Source: Leidyana gryllorum EB-2025a
Taxonomy: Eukaryota; Protista; Apicomplexa
Assembly: GCA_048772705.1 (NCBI GenBank)
Contig: JBLWGC010000025.1
Location: 1 to 45,715 of the forward strand
Reading direction: 5' to 3'
DNA length: 45,715 nt
Below are positions 44,416 through 45,715 of the stretch, in pieces. The translations under genes and the position numbers were made by a program. A model generated the notes under the pieces. The model had not been told where the DNA came from and searched no databases. It saw only the letters and a list, made by a program, of their open reading frames with translations. Each line of letters starts with the position of its first letter. The first letter of the stretch is position 1.

Positions 44416-45513
44416 TTATTGATTGTTTGTTGGGTTCGAAAAAACTTGCTGTCTGTCTCCCTGTTCGTGAGTCGTAACCCTTATTCCAGCGCGGGGTGTT
44501 GCCCTTGGTTGCGGTGGTGGATTGCTAACAGCCGCAGTGAGAGTGGGAGAGAGAGAAGGGGGAGCAGTAGCCAACGTAGGGGGGTAAAAAGGGTTCGGAC
44601 CTCCGTAATACAGCTGAGGAGGTCCGTAAAAGGGGGTAGGAACTCCTGACGGTAGCACAGTGTATGGGGCGAGCTCGTGGGAGTTGCCGATGCCCATATA
44701 TGGGTTGTACATGGCTTGTTGATGACGCCATTGGAGGGTTCGCAGTTCCATTTGGAACTGGAGGTGGCGGTCGATGTTCTGTATGTGGAACATCTCCACC
44801 TCCATCGCTTGCTTCAGCTCTTCAATCTTCCTCTTGTGTCGATCCTTGAGCCTCTTAGCCTGCTGAACTGCGGGTTCACCCCAAATGGGCACGCCATGTG
44901 TGGCAATGGGTGCGTCAAGGGCTTGAGAGCGAGCCCGAGCGGAGCTCCCTTGAAGGGGGATGGGTTCCATGTATGCTTGGTGACCCGGTGGGTGGGAGAG
45001 AGGTGTTCGAAGAGGAACAGTGTGATTGTGGATGATATCCTCAACCAACCGTTCGTCTTTGAGTAGGGATGAGGGGGGAGAAGCTGCCGCAGGGGGAAGA
45101 AGGGGGGGGAGTTGGGAGGCGCCGGTGGTAGCCGTCGAGACGGTGGGTGGTCTCTGTCCAAGCCCGAGCGGCTGGGAGAGCGGAGGGCTTGCTGTCGAGG
45201 CGGCTTCGGTGAGGTAGGACCGCGTCGGAGCCCTCACAACCATTGTGGTTGTCGCTTCCACAGGGGCTTCGGGCTCGGAGGGCTTTGGAGGGGGACTTAC
45301 CTGTGTCAGAGAAGGGGGCGAACTTTCAGCGGGCTGGGTAGAGGGGGTAGCAGGGCTGTTGGGGGGCGACTCGGGAGGCGTGGCCTCGATGGTCTCTTCT
45401 TCGAGCTCAGTGTTGCTCGAGGCTTCCATGTTGAGCGTCGTTGGTACGCTGGGAAGGGCCAGAGCCTCACCTTGAGCTTCAGTGGGTGCGTCACAAAGGG
45501 CTTTCTGTGCCAT
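44416..45513 (-). CDS. Hypothetical Pro/Ser-rich protein with a short coiled coil
   Basis: Long open frame, likely ATG at 45513 (MAQKAL). Contains AKRLKDRHKRKIEELKQAME and a Y/P-rich tail. Confidence 0.55.
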   Translation of the reverse strand: MAQKALCDAPTEAQGEALALPSVPTTLNMEASSNTELEEETIEATPPESPPNSPATPSTQPAESSPPSLTQVSPPPKPSEPEAPVEATTTMVVRAPTRSYLTEAASTASPPLSQPLGLGQRPPTVSTATTGASQLPPLLPPAAASPPSSLLKDERLVEDIIHNHTVPLRTPLSHPPGHQAYMEPIPLQGSSARARSQALDAPIATHGVPIWGEPAVQQAKRLKDRHKRKIEELKQAMEVEMFHIQNIDRHLQFQMELRTLQWRHQQAMYNPYMGIGNSHELAPYTVLPSGVPTPFYGPPQLYYGGPNPFYPPTLATAPPSLSPTLTAAVSNPPPQPRATPRAGIRVTTHEQGDRQQVFSNPTNNQ

Positions 45514-45715
45514 GGTCAATCTTAAGCGATACAAAAAACTGGTGGCAACTTTGTATTTACAAAAAAATTTGTAACGAGATAAGGGTGACGACATTGGTAG
45601 AATCGCGAAAATTTGCGTAAAAATTTCGATGAGACTTGAACGGGTTAAGGATGACGACAAGAAAAAACACGCAAAATATTTGCACTGGCAGCGGCAACTG
45701 TATGAGGCATTGAAG

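Overview
Eukaryotic repeat region with no recognisable host housekeeping genes. Bases 1-31894 are a nested stack of compact (about 4.6-4.8 kb) Ty3/Gypsy chromodomain LTR retrotransposons. I label the families A-J. Six are coding (A twice, B, D, E, H, I), three are solo LTRs with TSDs (C, F, G) and one is an LTR fragment (J). Most junctions resolve with 5-bp TSDs: D was hit by A2, B and E; E by F, G and I; I by H; A2 by C. Swapped TSDs show that 3892-10486 is inverted between two head-to-head A copies. The families share an unusual design. Gag starts inside the LTR and reads through a tRNAi-Met-like PBS as YTGSS. A GGATTTT -1 frameshift with a stem or pseudoknot joins gag to pol. The pol frame ends on the first bases of the 3' LTR, a conserved tail follows the chromodomain, and otherwise dissimilar LTRs share a GTCTCC..CCGG..GGAGAC core. 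Bases 31895-45715 are a Helitron-like region: a 1438-aa HUH Rep/Pif1 helicase truncated at its C-terminus, two orphan ORFs, three 11-bp tandem arrays, 43-bp repeats, a GCGAAGC-containing hairpin and a duplication offset by 2833 bp. All comparisons were made by eye.
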